NCBI RefSeq assembly: GCF_009914755.1
Contig: NC_060925.1
Strand: one strand, 5' to 3'
DNA length: 64,000 nucleotides
From: the human T2T-CHM13v2.0 reference genome, Homo sapiens
Position 1 is the stretch's first letter. Each line of letters begins with the position of its first letter. The notes under the pieces were generated by a model. The model had not been told where the DNA came from. It searched no databases and was given only the letters and a program-made list of their open reading frames with translations. The position numbers and the translations under genes are program-made. This document shows positions 30,050-44,300 of the stretch, in pieces.

Positions 30050-33000
30050 TCGAACGGACCCGAATGGAATCATCTAATGGAATGGAATGGAATAATCCAT
30101 GGACTCGAATGCAATCATCATCGAATGGAATCGAATGGAATCATCGAATGGACTCGAATGGAATAATCATTGAACGGAATCGAATGGAATCATCATCGGA
30201 TGGAAATGAATGGAATCATCATCGAATGGAATCGAATAGAATTATGGAATGAAATCCAGTGTGATCATCATCGAATGGACCCGAATGGAATCATCATCCA
30301 ACGGAAGCTAATGGAATCAACATCGAATGAATCAAATGGAAACACCATCGAATTGAAACGAATGGAATTATCATGAAATTGAAATGGATGGACTCATCAT
30401 CGAATGGATTCGAAAGGAATCATCGAATAAAATTGATTGAAATCATCATCGAATGGAATCGAATGGTATCATTGAATGGAATCGAATGGAATCATCATCA
30501 GATGGAAATGAATGGAATCGTCATAGAATGGAATCGAATGGATTCATTGAATGGAATCAGATGGAATCATCGAATGGACTGGAATGGAATCATTGAATGG
30601 ACTCGAAAGGGATCATGATTGAACGGAATTGAATGGAATCATCGAATGGTCTCGATTTGAATCATTATCAAATGGAATCGAATGGAATCACCGAATAGAA
30701 TCGAATGGAACAATCATCGAATGGACTCAAATGGAATTATCCTCAAATGGAATCGAATGGAATTATCGAATGGAATGGAATGGAACAGTCAATGAACTAG
30801 AATGGAATCATCATTGAATGGAATCGAATGGAATCATCGAGTGGAATCGAATGGAATTATGATCAAATGGAATCGAATGTAATCATCATCCAATGGAATC
30901 AAAAATAACCATCATCAATTGGTATTGAATGGAATTGTCATCAAATGGAATTCAAAGGAATCATCATCAAATGGAACCGAATGGAATCCTCATTGAATGG
31001 AAATGAAAGGGGTCATCATCTAATGGAATCGCATGGAATCATCATCAAATGGAATCGAATGGAATCATCATCAAATGGAATCTAATGGAATCATTGAACA
31101 GAATTGAATGGAATCGTCATCGAATGAATTGAATGCAATCATCGAATGGTCTCGAATGGAATCATCTTCTAATGGAAAGGAATGGAATCATCGCATAGAA
31201 TCGAATGGAATTATCATCGAATGGAATGGAATGGTATCAACACCAAACGGAAAAAAACGGAATTATCGAATGGAATCAAAGAGAATCTTCGAACGGACCC
31301 GAATGGAATCATCTAATGGAATGGAATGGAATAATCCATGGACTCGAATGCAATCATCATCGAATGGAATGGAATGGAATCATCGAATGGACTCGAATGG
31401 AATAATCATTGAACGGAATCGAATGGAATCATCATCGGATGGAAACGAATGGAATCATCATCGAATGGAAATGAAAGGAGTCATCATCTAATGGAATTGC
31501 ATGGAATCATCATAAAATGGAATCGAATGGAATCAACATCAAATGGAATCAAATGGAATCATTGAACGGAATTGAATGGAATCGTCATCGAATGAATTGA
31601 ATGCAATCATCGAATGGTCTCGAATGGAATCATCTTCAAATGGAATGGAATGGAATCATCGCATAGAATCGAATGGAATTATCATCGAATGGAATCGAAT
31701 GGAATCAACATCAAACGGAAAAAAACGGAATTATCGAATGGAATCGAAGAGAATCATCGAATGGACCCGAATGGAATCATCTAATGGAATGGAATGAAAT
31801 AATCCATGGACTCGAATGCAATCATCATCGAATGGAATCGAATGGAATCATCGAATGGACTCGAATGGAATAAACATTGAACGGAATCGAATGGAATCAT
31901 CATCGGATGGAAATGAATGGAATCATCATCGAATGGAATCGAATAGAATTATGGAATGAAATCCAGTGTGATCATCATCGAATGGACCCGAATGGAATCA
32001 TCATAAAACGGAAGCTAATGGAATCAACATCGAATGAATCGAATGGAAACACCATCGAATTGAAACGAATGGAATTATCATGAAATTGAAATGGATGGAC
32101 TCATCATCGAATGGATTCGAATGGAATCATCGAATAAAATTGATTGAAATCATCATCCAATGGAATCGAATGGTATCATTGAATGGAATCGAATGGAATC
32201 ATCATCCGATGGAAATGAATGGAATCGTCATAGAATGGAATCGAATGGATTCATTGAATGGAATCAGATGGAATCATCGAATGGACTGGAATGGAATCAT
32301 TGAATGGACTCGAAAGGGATCATTATTGAATGGAATTGAATGGAATCATCGAATGGTCTCGATTGGAATCATTATCAAATGGAATCGAATGGAATCACCG
32401 AATAGAATCGAATGGAACAATCATCGAATGGACTCAAATGGAATTATCCTCCAATGGAATCGAATGGAATTATCGAATGCAATCGAATGGAATTATCATC
32501 GAATGGAATCGAATGGTATCAACACCAAACGGAAAAAAACGGAATTATCGAATGGAATCGAAGAGAATCTTCGAACGGACCCGAATGGAATCATCTAATG
32601 GAATGGAATGGAATAATCCATGGACTCGAATGCAATCATCATCGAATGGAATCGAATGGAATCATCGAATGGACTCGAATGGAATAATCATTGAACGGAA
32701 TCGAATGGAATCATCATCGGATGGAAACGAATGGAATCATCATCGAATGGAAATGAAAGGAGTCATCATCTAATGGAATTGCATGGAATCATCATAAAAT
32801 GGAATCGAATGGAATCAACATCAAATGGAATCAAATGGAATCATTGAACGGAATTGAATGGAATCGTCATCGAATGAATTGACTGCAATCATCGAATGGT
32901 CTCGAATGGAATCATCTTCAAATGGAATGGAATGGAATCATCGCATAGAATCGAATGGAATTATCATCGAATGGAATCGAATGGAATCAACATCAAACGG

Positions 33001-36000
33001 AAAAAAACGGAATTATCGAATGGAATCGAAGAGAATCATCGAACGGACCCGAATGGAATCATCTAATGGAATGGAATGGAATAATCCATGGACTCGAATG
33101 CAATCATCATCGAATGGAATCGAATGGAATCATCGAATGGACTCGAATGGAATAATCATTGAACGGAATCGAATGGAATCATCATCGGATGGAAATGAAT
33201 GGAATCATCATCGAATGGAATCGAATAGAATTATGGAATGAAATCCAGTGTGATCATCATCGAATGGACCCGAATGGAATCATCATCCAACGGAAGCTAA
33301 TGGAATCAACATCGAATGAATCAAATGGAAACACCATCGAATTGAAACGAATGGAATTATCATGAAATTGAAATGGATGGACTCATCATCGAATGGATTC
33401 GAATGGAATCATCGAATAAAATTGATTGAAATCATCATCGAATGGAATCGAATGGTATCATTGAATGGAATCGAATGGAATCATCATCAGATGGAAATGA
33501 ATGGAATCGTCATAGAATGGAATCGAATGGATTCATTGAATGGAATCAGATGGAATCATCGAATGGACTGGAATGGAATCATTGAATGGACTCGAAAGGG
33601 ATCATGATTGAACGGAATTGAATGGAATCATCGAATGGTCTCGATTTGAATCATTATCAAATGGAATCGAATGGAATCACCGAATAGAATCGAATGGAAC
33701 AATCATCGAATGGACTCAAATGGAATTATCCTCAAATGGAATCGAATGGAATTATCGAATGGAATGGAATGGAACAGTCAATGAACTAGAATGGAATCAT
33801 CATTGAATGGAATCGAATGGAATCATCGAGTGGAATCGAATGGAATTATGATCAAATGGAATCGAATGTAATCATCATCCAATGGAATCAAAAATAACCA
33901 TCATCAATTGGTATTGAATGGAATTGTCATCAAATGGAATTCAAAGGAATCATCATCAAATGGAACCGAATGGAATCCTCATTGAATGGAAATGAAAGGG
34001 GTCATCATCTAATGGAATCGCATGGAATCATCATCAAATGGAATCGAATGGAATCATCATCAAATGGAATCTAATGGAATCATTGAACAGAATTGAATGG
34101 AATCGTCATCGAATGAATTGAATGCAATCATCGAATGGTCTCGAATGGAATCATCTTCTAATGGAAAGGAATGGAATCATCGCATAGAATCGAATGGAAT
34201 TATCATCGAATGGAATGGAATGGTATCAACACCAAACGGAAAAAAACGGAATTATCGAATGGAATCAAAGAGAATCTTCGAACGGACCCGAATGGAATCA
34301 TCTAATGGAATGGAATGGAATAATCCATGGACTCGAATGCAATCATCATCGAATGGAATGGAATGGAATCATCGAATGGACTCGAATGGAATAATCATTG
34401 AACGGAATCGAATGGAATCATCATCGGATGGAAACGAATGGAATCATCATCGAATGGAAATGAAAGGAGTCATCATCTAATGGAATTGCATGGAATCATC
34501 ATAAAATGGAATCGAATGGAATCAACATCAAATGGAATCAAATGGAATCATTGAACGGAATTGAATGGAATCGTCATCGAATGAATTGAATGCAATCATC
34601 GAATGGTCTCGAATGGAATCATCTTCAAATGGAATGGAATGGAATCATCGCATAGAATCGAATGGAATTATCATCGAATGGAATCGAATGGAATCAACAT
34701 CAAACGGAAAAAAACGGAATTATCGAATGGAATCGAAGAGAATCATCGAATGGACCCGAATGGAATCATCTAATGGAATGGAATGAAATAATCCATGGAC
34801 TCGAATGCAATCATCATCGAATGGAATCGAATGGAATCATCGAATGGACTCGAATGGAATAATCATTGAACGGAATCGAATGGAATCATCATCGGATGGA
34901 AATGAATGGAATCATCATCGAATGGAATCGAATAGAATTATGGAATGAAATCCAGTGTGATCATCATCGAATGGACCCGAATGGAATCATCATAAAACGG
35001 AAGCTAATGGAATCAACATCGAATGAATCGAATGGAAACACCATCGAATTGAAACGAATGGAATTATCATGAAATTGAAATGGATGGACTCATCATCGAA
35101 TGGATTCGAATGGAATCATCGAATAAAATTGATTGAAATCATCATCCAATGGAATCGAATGGTATCATTGAATGGAATCGAATGGAATCATCATCCGATG
35201 GAAATGAATGGAATCGTCATAGAATGGAATCGAATGGATTCATTGAATGGAATCAGATGGAATCATCGAATGGACTGGAATGGAATCATTGAATGGACTC
35301 GAAAGGGATCATTATTGAATGGAATTGAATGGAATCATCGAATGGTCTCGATTGGAATCATTATCAAATGGAATCGAATGGAATCACCGAATAGAATCGA
35401 ATGGAACAATCATCGAATGGACTCAAATGGAATTATCCTCCAATGGAATCGAATGGAATTATCGAATGCAATCGAATGGAATTATCATCGAATGGAATCG
35501 AATGGTATCAACACCAAACGGAAAAAAACGGAATTATCGAATGGAATCGAAGAGAATCTTCGAACGGACCCGAATGGAATCATCTAATGGAATGGAATGG
35601 AATAATCCATGGACTCGAATGCAATCATCATCGAATGGAATCGAATGGAATCATCGAATGGACTCGAATGGAATAATCATTGAACGGAATCGAATGGAAT
35701 CATCATCGGATGGAAACGAATGGAATCATCATCGAATGGAAATGAAAGGAGTCATCATCTAATGGAATTGCATGGAATCATCATAAAATGGAATCGAATG
35801 GAATCAACATCAAATGGAATCAAATGGAATCATTGAACGGAATTGAATGGAATCGTCATCGAATGAATTGACTGCAATCATCGAATGGTCTCGAATGGAA
35901 TCATCTTCAAATGGAATGGAATGGAATCATCGCATAGAATCGAATGGAATTATCATCGAATGGAATCGAATGGAATCAACATCAAACGGAAAAAAACGGA

Positions 36001-36027
36001 ATTATCGAATGGAATCGAAGAGAATCA
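30050..36027 (+). repeat. 2989-bp tandem duplication (1707-bp + 1282-bp deleted units), 2 copies
   Basis: The ORF pattern repeats at +2989 (30373/33362, 31108/34097, 32080/35069). Both copies share a 69-bp deletion, a 494-bp deletion and SNPs (gatttgaa, gaactaga, ggaatgaaat, cataaaacgg, catccgat). EcoRI sites lie at 30948 and 33937. Confidence 0.93.
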
Positions 36028-36541
36028 TCGAATGGACCCGAATGGAATCATCTAATGGAATGGAATGGAATAATCCATGGACTCGAATGCAATCATCATC
36101 GAATGGAATCGAATGGAATCATCGAATGGACTCGAATGGAATAATCATTGAACGGAATCGAATGGAATCATCATCGGATGGAAATGAATGGAATCATCAT
36201 CGAATGGAATCGAATAGAATTATGGAATGAAATCCAGTGTGATCATCATCGAATGGACCCGAATGGAATCATCATCCAACGGAAGCTAATGGAATCAACA
36301 TCGAATGAATCAAATGGAAACACCATCGAATTGAAACGAATGGAATTATCATGAAATTGAAATGGATGGACTCATCATCGAATGGATTCGAATGGAATCA
36401 TCGAATAAAATTGATTGAAATCATCATCGAATGGAATCGAATGGTATCATTGAATGGAATCGAATGGAATCATCATCAGATGGAAATGAATGGAATCGTC
36501 ATAGAATGGAATCGAATGGATTCATTGAATGGAATCAGATG

Positions 36542-36979
36542 GAATCATCGAATGGACTGGAATGGAATCATTGAATGGACTCGAAAGGGATCATGATTGA
36601 ATGGAATTGAATGGAATCATCGAATGGTCTCGATTGGAATCATTATCAAATGGAATCGAATGGAATCACCGAATAGAATCGAATGGAACAATCATCGAAT
36701 GGACTCAAATGGAATTATCCTCCAATGGAATCGAATGGATTTATCAAATGCAATAGAATAGAATCATCGAATGGACTGGAATGGAATCATTGAATGGACT
36801 CGAAAGGGATCATGATTGAATGGAATTGAATGGAATCATCGAATGGTCTCGATTGGAATCATTATCAAATGGAATCGAATGGAATCACCGAATAGAATAG
36901 AATGGAACAATCATCGAATGGACTCAAATGGAATTATCCTCAAATGGAATCGAATGGAATTATCGAATGCAATCGAATG
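36542..36979 (+). repeat. 219-bp internal duplication producing a 1995-bp unit
   Basis: The once-per-unit landmark ctcgaaagggatcatgattg occurs twice, 219 bp apart (~36580 and ~36799). Unit spacing 35847 to 37842 = 1995. Confidence 0.9.
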
Positions 36980-37841
36980 GAATTTTCGAATGCAATCGAA
37001 TAGAATCATCGAATGGACTCGAATGGAATCATCGAATGGAATGGAATGGAACAGTCAATGAACTCGAATGGAATCATCATTGAATGGAATCGAATGGAAT
37101 CATCGAGTGGAATCGAATGGAATTATGATCAAATGGAATCGAATGTAATCATCATCAAATGGAATCAAAAATAACCATCATCAATTGGTATTGAATGGAA
37201 TTGTCATCAAATGGAATTCAAAGGAATCATCATCAAATGGAACCGAATGGAATCCTCATTGAATGGAAATGAAAGGGGTCATCATCTAATGGAATCGCAT
37301 GGAATCATCATCAAATGGAATCGAATGGAATCATCATCAAATGGAATCTAATGGAATCATTGAACAGAATTGAATGGAATCGTCATCGAATGAATTGAAT
37401 GCAATCATCGAATGGTCTCGAATGGAATCATCTTCTAATGGAAAGGAATGGAATCATCGCATAGAATCGAATGGAATTATCATCGAATGGAATCGAATGG
37501 TATCAACACCAAACGGAAAAAAACGGAATTATCGAATGGAATCGAAGAGAATCTTCGAACGGACCCGAATGGAATCATCTAATGGAATGGAATGGAATAA
37601 TCCATGGACTCGAATGCAATCATCATCGAATGGAATCGAATGGAATCATCAAATGGACTCGAATGGAATAATCATTGAACGGAATCGAATGGAATCATCA
37701 TCGGATGGAAACGAATGGAATCATCATAGAATGGAAATGAAAGGAGTCATCATCTAATGGAATTGCATGGAATCATCATAAAATGGAATCGAATGGAATC
37801 AACATCAAATGGAATCAAATGGAATCATTGAACGGAATTGA

Positions 37842-40800
37842 ATGGAATCGTCATCGAATGAATTGACTGCAATCATCGAATGGTCTCGAATGGAATCATC
37901 TTCAAATGGAATGGAATGGAATCATCGCATAGAATCGAATGGAATTATCATCGAATGGAATCGAATGGAATCAACATCAAACGGAAAAAAACGGAATTAT
38001 CGAATGGAATCGAAGAGAATCATCGAATGGACCCGAATGGAATCATCTAATGGAATGGAATGGAATAATCCATGGACTCGAATGCAATCATCATCGAATG
38101 GAATCGAATGGAATCATCGAATGGAGTCGAATGGAATAATCATTGAACGGAATCGAATGGAATCATCATCGGATGGAAATGAATGGAATCATCATCGAAT
38201 GGAATCGAATAGAATTATGGAATGAAATCCAGTGTGATCATCATCGAATGGACCCGAATGGAATCATCATCCAACGGAAGCTAATGGAATCAACATCGAA
38301 TGAATCAAATGGAAACACCATCGAATTGAAACTAATGGAATTATCATGAAATTGAAATGGATGGACTCATCATCGAATGGATTCGAATGGAATCATCGAA
38401 TAAAATTGATTGAAATCATCATCGAATGGAATCGAATGGTATCATTGAATGGAATCGAATGGAATCATCATCAGATGGAAATGAATGGAATCGTCATAGA
38501 ATAGAATCGAATGGATTCATTGAATGGAATCAGATGGAATCATCGAATGGACTGGAATGGAATCATTGAATGGACTCGAAAGGGATCATGATTGAATGGA
38601 ATTGAATGGAATCATCGAATGGTCTCGATTGGAATCATTATCAAATGGAATCGAATGGAATCACCGAATAGAATCGAATGGAACAATCATCGAATGGACT
38701 CAAATGGAATTATCCTCCAATGGAATCGAATGGATTTATCGAATGCAATGGAATAGAATCATCGAATGGACTCGAATGGAATTATCGAACGGAATGGAAT
38801 GGAACAGTCAATGAACTCGAATGGAATCATCATTGAATGGAATCGAATGGAATCATCGAGTGGAATCGAATGGAATTATGATCAAATGGAATCGAATGTA
38901 ATCATCATCAAATGGAATCAAAAATAACCATCATCAATTGGTATTGAATGGAATTGTCATCAAATGGAATTCAAAGGAATCATCATCAAATGGAACCGAA
39001 TGGAATCCTCATTGAATGGAAATGAAAGGGGTCATCATCTAATGGAATCGCATGGAATCATCATCAAATGGAATCGAATGGAATCATCATCAAATGGAAT
39101 CTAATGGAATCATTGAACAGAATTGAATGGAATCGTCATCGAATGAATTGAATGCAATCATCGAATGGTCTCGAATGGAATCATCTTCTAATGGAAAGGA
39201 ATGGAATCATCGCATAGAATCGAATGGAATTATCATCGAATGGAATCGAATGGTATCAACACCAAACGGAAAAAAACGGAATTATCGAATGGAATCGAAG
39301 AGAATCTTCGAACGGACCCGAATGGAATCATCTAATGGAATGGAATGGAATAATCCATGGACTCGAATGCAATCATCATCGAATGGAACCAAATGGAATC
39401 AACGAATGGACTCGAATGGAATAATCATTGAACGGAATCGAATGGAATCATCATCGGATGGAAACGAATGGAATCATCATCGAATGGAAATGAAAGGAGT
39501 CATCATCTAATGGAATTGCATGGAATCATCATAAAATGGAATCGAATGGAATCAACATCAAATGGAATCAAATGGAATCATTGAACGGAATTGAATGGAA
39601 TCGTCATCGAATGAATTGAATGCAATCATCGAATGGTCTCGAATGGAATCATCTTCAAATGGAATGGAATGGAATCATCGCATAGAATCGAATGGAATTA
39701 TCATCGAATGGAATCGAATGGAATCAACATCAAACGGAAAAAAACGGAATTATCGAATGGAATCGAAGAGAATCATCGAATGGACCCGAATGGAATCATC
39801 TAATGGAATGGAATGGAATAATCCATGGACTCGAATGCAATCATCATCGAATGGAATCGAATGGAATCATCGAATGGACTCGAATGGAATAATCATTGAA
39901 CGGAATCGAATGGAATCATCATCGGATGGAAATGAATGGAATCATCATCGAATGGAATCGAATAGAATTATGGAATGAAATCCAGTGTGATCATCATCGA
40001 ATGGACCCGAATGGAATCATCATCCAACAGAAGCTAATGGAATCAACATCGAATGAATCGAATGGAAACACCATCGAATTCAAACGAATGGAATTACCAT
40101 GAAATTGAAATGGATGGACTCATCATCGAATGGATTCGGATGGAATCATCGAATAAAATTGATTGAAATCATCATCGAATGAAATCGAATGGTATCATTG
40201 AATGGAATCGAATGGAATCATCATCAGATGGAAATGAATGGAATCGTCATAGAATGGAATCGAATGGATTCATTGAATGGAATCAGATGGAATCATCGAA
40301 TGGACTGGAATGGAATCATTGAATGGACTCGAAAGGGATCATGATTGAATGGAATTGAATGGAATCATCGAATGGTCTCGATTGGAATCATTATCAAATG
40401 GAATCGAATGGAATCACCGAATAGAATCGAATGGAACAATCATCGAATGGACTCAAATGGAATTAACCTTAAATGGAATCGAATGGAATTATCGTATTCA
40501 ATCGAATAGAATCATCGAATGGACTCGAATGGAATCATCGAACGGAATGGAATGGAACAGTCAATGAACTCGAATGGAATCATCATTGAATGGAATCGAA
40601 TGGAATCACCGAGTGGAATCGAATGGAATTTTGATCAAATGGAATCGAATGTAATCATCATCAAATGGAATCAAAAATAACCATCATCAATTGGTATTGA
40701 ATGGAATAGTCATCAAATGGAATTCAAAGGAATCATCATCAAATGGAACCGAATGGAATCCTCATTGAATGGAAATGAAAGGGGTCATCATCTAATGGAA

Positions 40801-41347
40801 TCGCATGGAATCATCATCAAATGGAATCGAATGGAATCATCATCAAATGGAATCTAATGGAATCATTGAACAGAATTGAATGGAATCGTCATCGAATGAA
40901 TTGAATGCAATCATCGAATGGTCTCGAATGGAATCATCTTCTAATGGAAAGGAATGGAATCATCGCATAGAATCGAATGGAATTATCATCGAATGGAATC
41001 GAATGGTATCAACACCAAACGGAAAAAAACGGAATTATCGAATGGAATCGAAGAGAATCTTCGAACGGACCCGAATGGAATCATCTAATGGAATGGAATG
41101 GAATAATCCATGGACTCGAATGCAATCATCATCGAATGGAATCGAATGGAATCATCGAATGGACTCGAATGGAATAATCATTGAACGGAATCGAATGGAA
41201 TCATCATCGGATGGAAACGAATGGAATCATCATCGAATGGAAATGAAAGGAGTCATCATCTAATGGAATTGCATGGAATCATCATAAAATGGAATCGAAT
41301 GGAATCAACATCAAATGGAATCAAATGGAATCATTGAACGGAATTGA
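37842..41347 (+). repeat. Two 1753-bp units (each lacking one 23-bp subunit)
   Basis: Spacing 37842-39595-41348. One ggaattatcgaatgcaatcgaat copy is missing in each (~38735 and ~40490), and both carry tcgaacggaatgg before aacagtc. Confidence 0.88.
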
Positions 41348-44300
41348 ATGGAATCGTCATCGAATGAATTGACTGCAATCATCGAATGGTCTCGAATGGA
41401 ATCATCTTCAAATGGAATGGAATGGAATCATCGCATAGAATCGAATGGAATTATCATCGAATGGAATCGAATGGAATCAACATCAAACGGAAAAAAACGG
41501 AATTATCGAATGGAATCGAAGAGAATCATCGAATGGACCCGAATGGAATCATCTAATGGAATGGAATGGAATAATCCATGGACTCGAATGCAATCATCAT
41601 CGAATGGAATCGAATGGAATCATCGAATGGACTCGAATGGAATAATCATTGAACGGAATCGAATGGAATCATCATCGGATGGAAATGAATGGAATCATCA
41701 TCGAATGGAATCGAATAGAATTATGGAATGAAATCCAGTGTGATCATCATCGAATGGACCCGAATGGAATCATCATACAACGGAAGCTAATGGAATCAAC
41801 ATCGAATGAATCGAATGGAAACACCATCGAATTGAAACGAATGGAATTATCATGAAATTGTAATGGATGGACTCATCATCGAATGGATTCGAATGGAATC
41901 ATCGAATAAAATTGATTGAAATCATCATCCAATGGAATCGAATGGTATCATTGAATGGAATCGAATGGAATCATCATCAGATGGAAATGAATGGAATCGT
42001 CATAGAATGGAATCGAATGGATTCATTGAATGGAATCAGATGGAATCATCGAATGGACTGGAATGGAATCATTGAATGGACTCGAAAGGGATCATGATTG
42101 AATGGAATTGAATGGAATCATCGAATGGTCTCGATTGGAATCATTATCAAATGGAATCGAATGGAATCACCGAATAGAATCGAATGGAACAATCATCGAA
42201 TGGACTCAAATGGAATTATCCTCAAATGGAATCGAATGGAATTATCGAATGCAATCGAATGGAATTATCGAATGAAATCGAATAGAATCATCGAAAGGAC
42301 TCGAATGGAATCATCGAATGGAATGGAATGGAACAGTCAATGAACTCGAATGGAATCATCATTGAATGGAATCGAATGGAATCATCGAGTGGAATCAAAT
42401 GGAATTATGATCAAATGGAATCGAATGTAATCATCATCAAATGGAATCAAAAATAACCATCATCAATTGGTATTGAATGGAATTGTCATCAAATGGAATT
42501 CAAAGGAATCATCATCAAATGGAACCGAATGGAATCCTCATTGAATGGAAATGAAAGGGGTCATCATCTAATGGAATCGCATGGAATCATCATCAAATGG
42601 AATCGAATGGAATCATCATCAAATGGAATCTAATGGAATCATTGAACAGAATTGAATGGAATGGTCATCGAATGAATTGAATGCAATCATCGAGTGGTCT
42701 CGAATGGAATCATCTTCTAATGGAAACGAATGGAATCATCGCATAGAATCGAATGGAATTATCATCGAATGGAATCGAATGGTATCAACACCAAACGGAA
42801 AAAAACGGAATTATCGAATGGAATCGAAGAGAATCTTCGAACGGACCCGAATGGAATCATCTAATGGAATGGAATGGAATAATCCATGGACTCGAATGCA
42901 ATCATCATCGAATGGAATGGAATGGAATCATCGAATGGACTCGAATGGAATAATCATTGAACGGAATCGAATGGAATCATCATCGGATGGAAACGAATGG
43001 AATCATCATCGAATGGAAATGAAAGGAGTCATCATCTAATGGAATTGCATGGAATCATCATAAAATGGAATCGAATGGAATCAACATCAAATGGAATCAA
43101 ATGGAATCATTGAACGGAATTGAATGGAATCGTCATCGAATGAATTGACTGCAATCATCGAATGGTCTTGAATGGAATCATCTTCAAATGGAATGGAATG
43201 GAATCATCGCATAGAATCGAATGGAATTATCATCGAATGGAATCGAATGGAATCAACATCAAACGGAAAAAAACGGAATTATCGAATGGAATCGAAGAGA
43301 ATCATCGAATGGACCCGAATGGAATCATCTAATGGAATTAAATGGAATAATCTATGGACTCGAATGCAATCATCATCGAATGGAATCGAATGGAATCATC
43401 GAATGGACTCGAATGGAATAATCATTGAACGGAATCGAATGGAATCATCATCGGATGGAAATGAATGGAATCATCATCGAATGGAATCGAATAGAATTAT
43501 GGAATGAAATACAGTGTGATCATCATCGAATGGACCCGAATGGAATCATCATCCAACGGAAGCTAATGGAATCAACATCGAATGAATCGAATGGAAACAC
43601 CATCGAATTGAAACGAATGGAATTATCATGAAATTGAAATGGATGGACTCATCATCGAATGGATTCGAATGGAATCATCGAATAAAATTGATTGAAATCA
43701 TCATCAAATGGAATCGAATGGTATCATTGAATGGAATCGAATGGAATCATCATCAGATGCAAATGAATGGAATCGTCATAGAATGGAATCGAATGGATTC
43801 ATTGAATGGAATCAGATGGAATCATCGAATGGACTGGAATGGAATCATTGAATGGACTCGAAAGGGATCATTATTGAATGGAATTGAATGGAATCATCGA
43901 ATGGTCTCGATTGGAATCATTATCAAATGGAATGGAATGGAATCACCGAATAGAATCGAATGGAACAATCATCGAATGGACTCAAATGGAATTATCCTCC
44001 AATGGAATCGAATGGAATTATCGAATGCAATCGAATGGAATTATCGAATGCAATCGAATAGAATCATCGAATGGACTCGAATGGAATCATCGAATGGAAT
44101 GGAATGGAACAGTCAATGAACTCGAATGGAATCATCATTGAATGGAATCGAATGGAATCATCGAGTGGAATCGAATGGAATTATGATCAAATGGAATCGA
44201 ATGTAATCCTCATCAAATGGAATCAAAAATAACCATCATCAATTGGTATTGAATGGAATTGTCATCAAATGGAATTCAAAGGAATCATCATCAAATGGAA

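Noticed and set aside
32080-32773. Longest ORFs (172 and 147 aa) suggesting a fusion gene
   Set aside because: They are a chance read-through across the 494-bp deletion junction, with the same satellite-derived composition.
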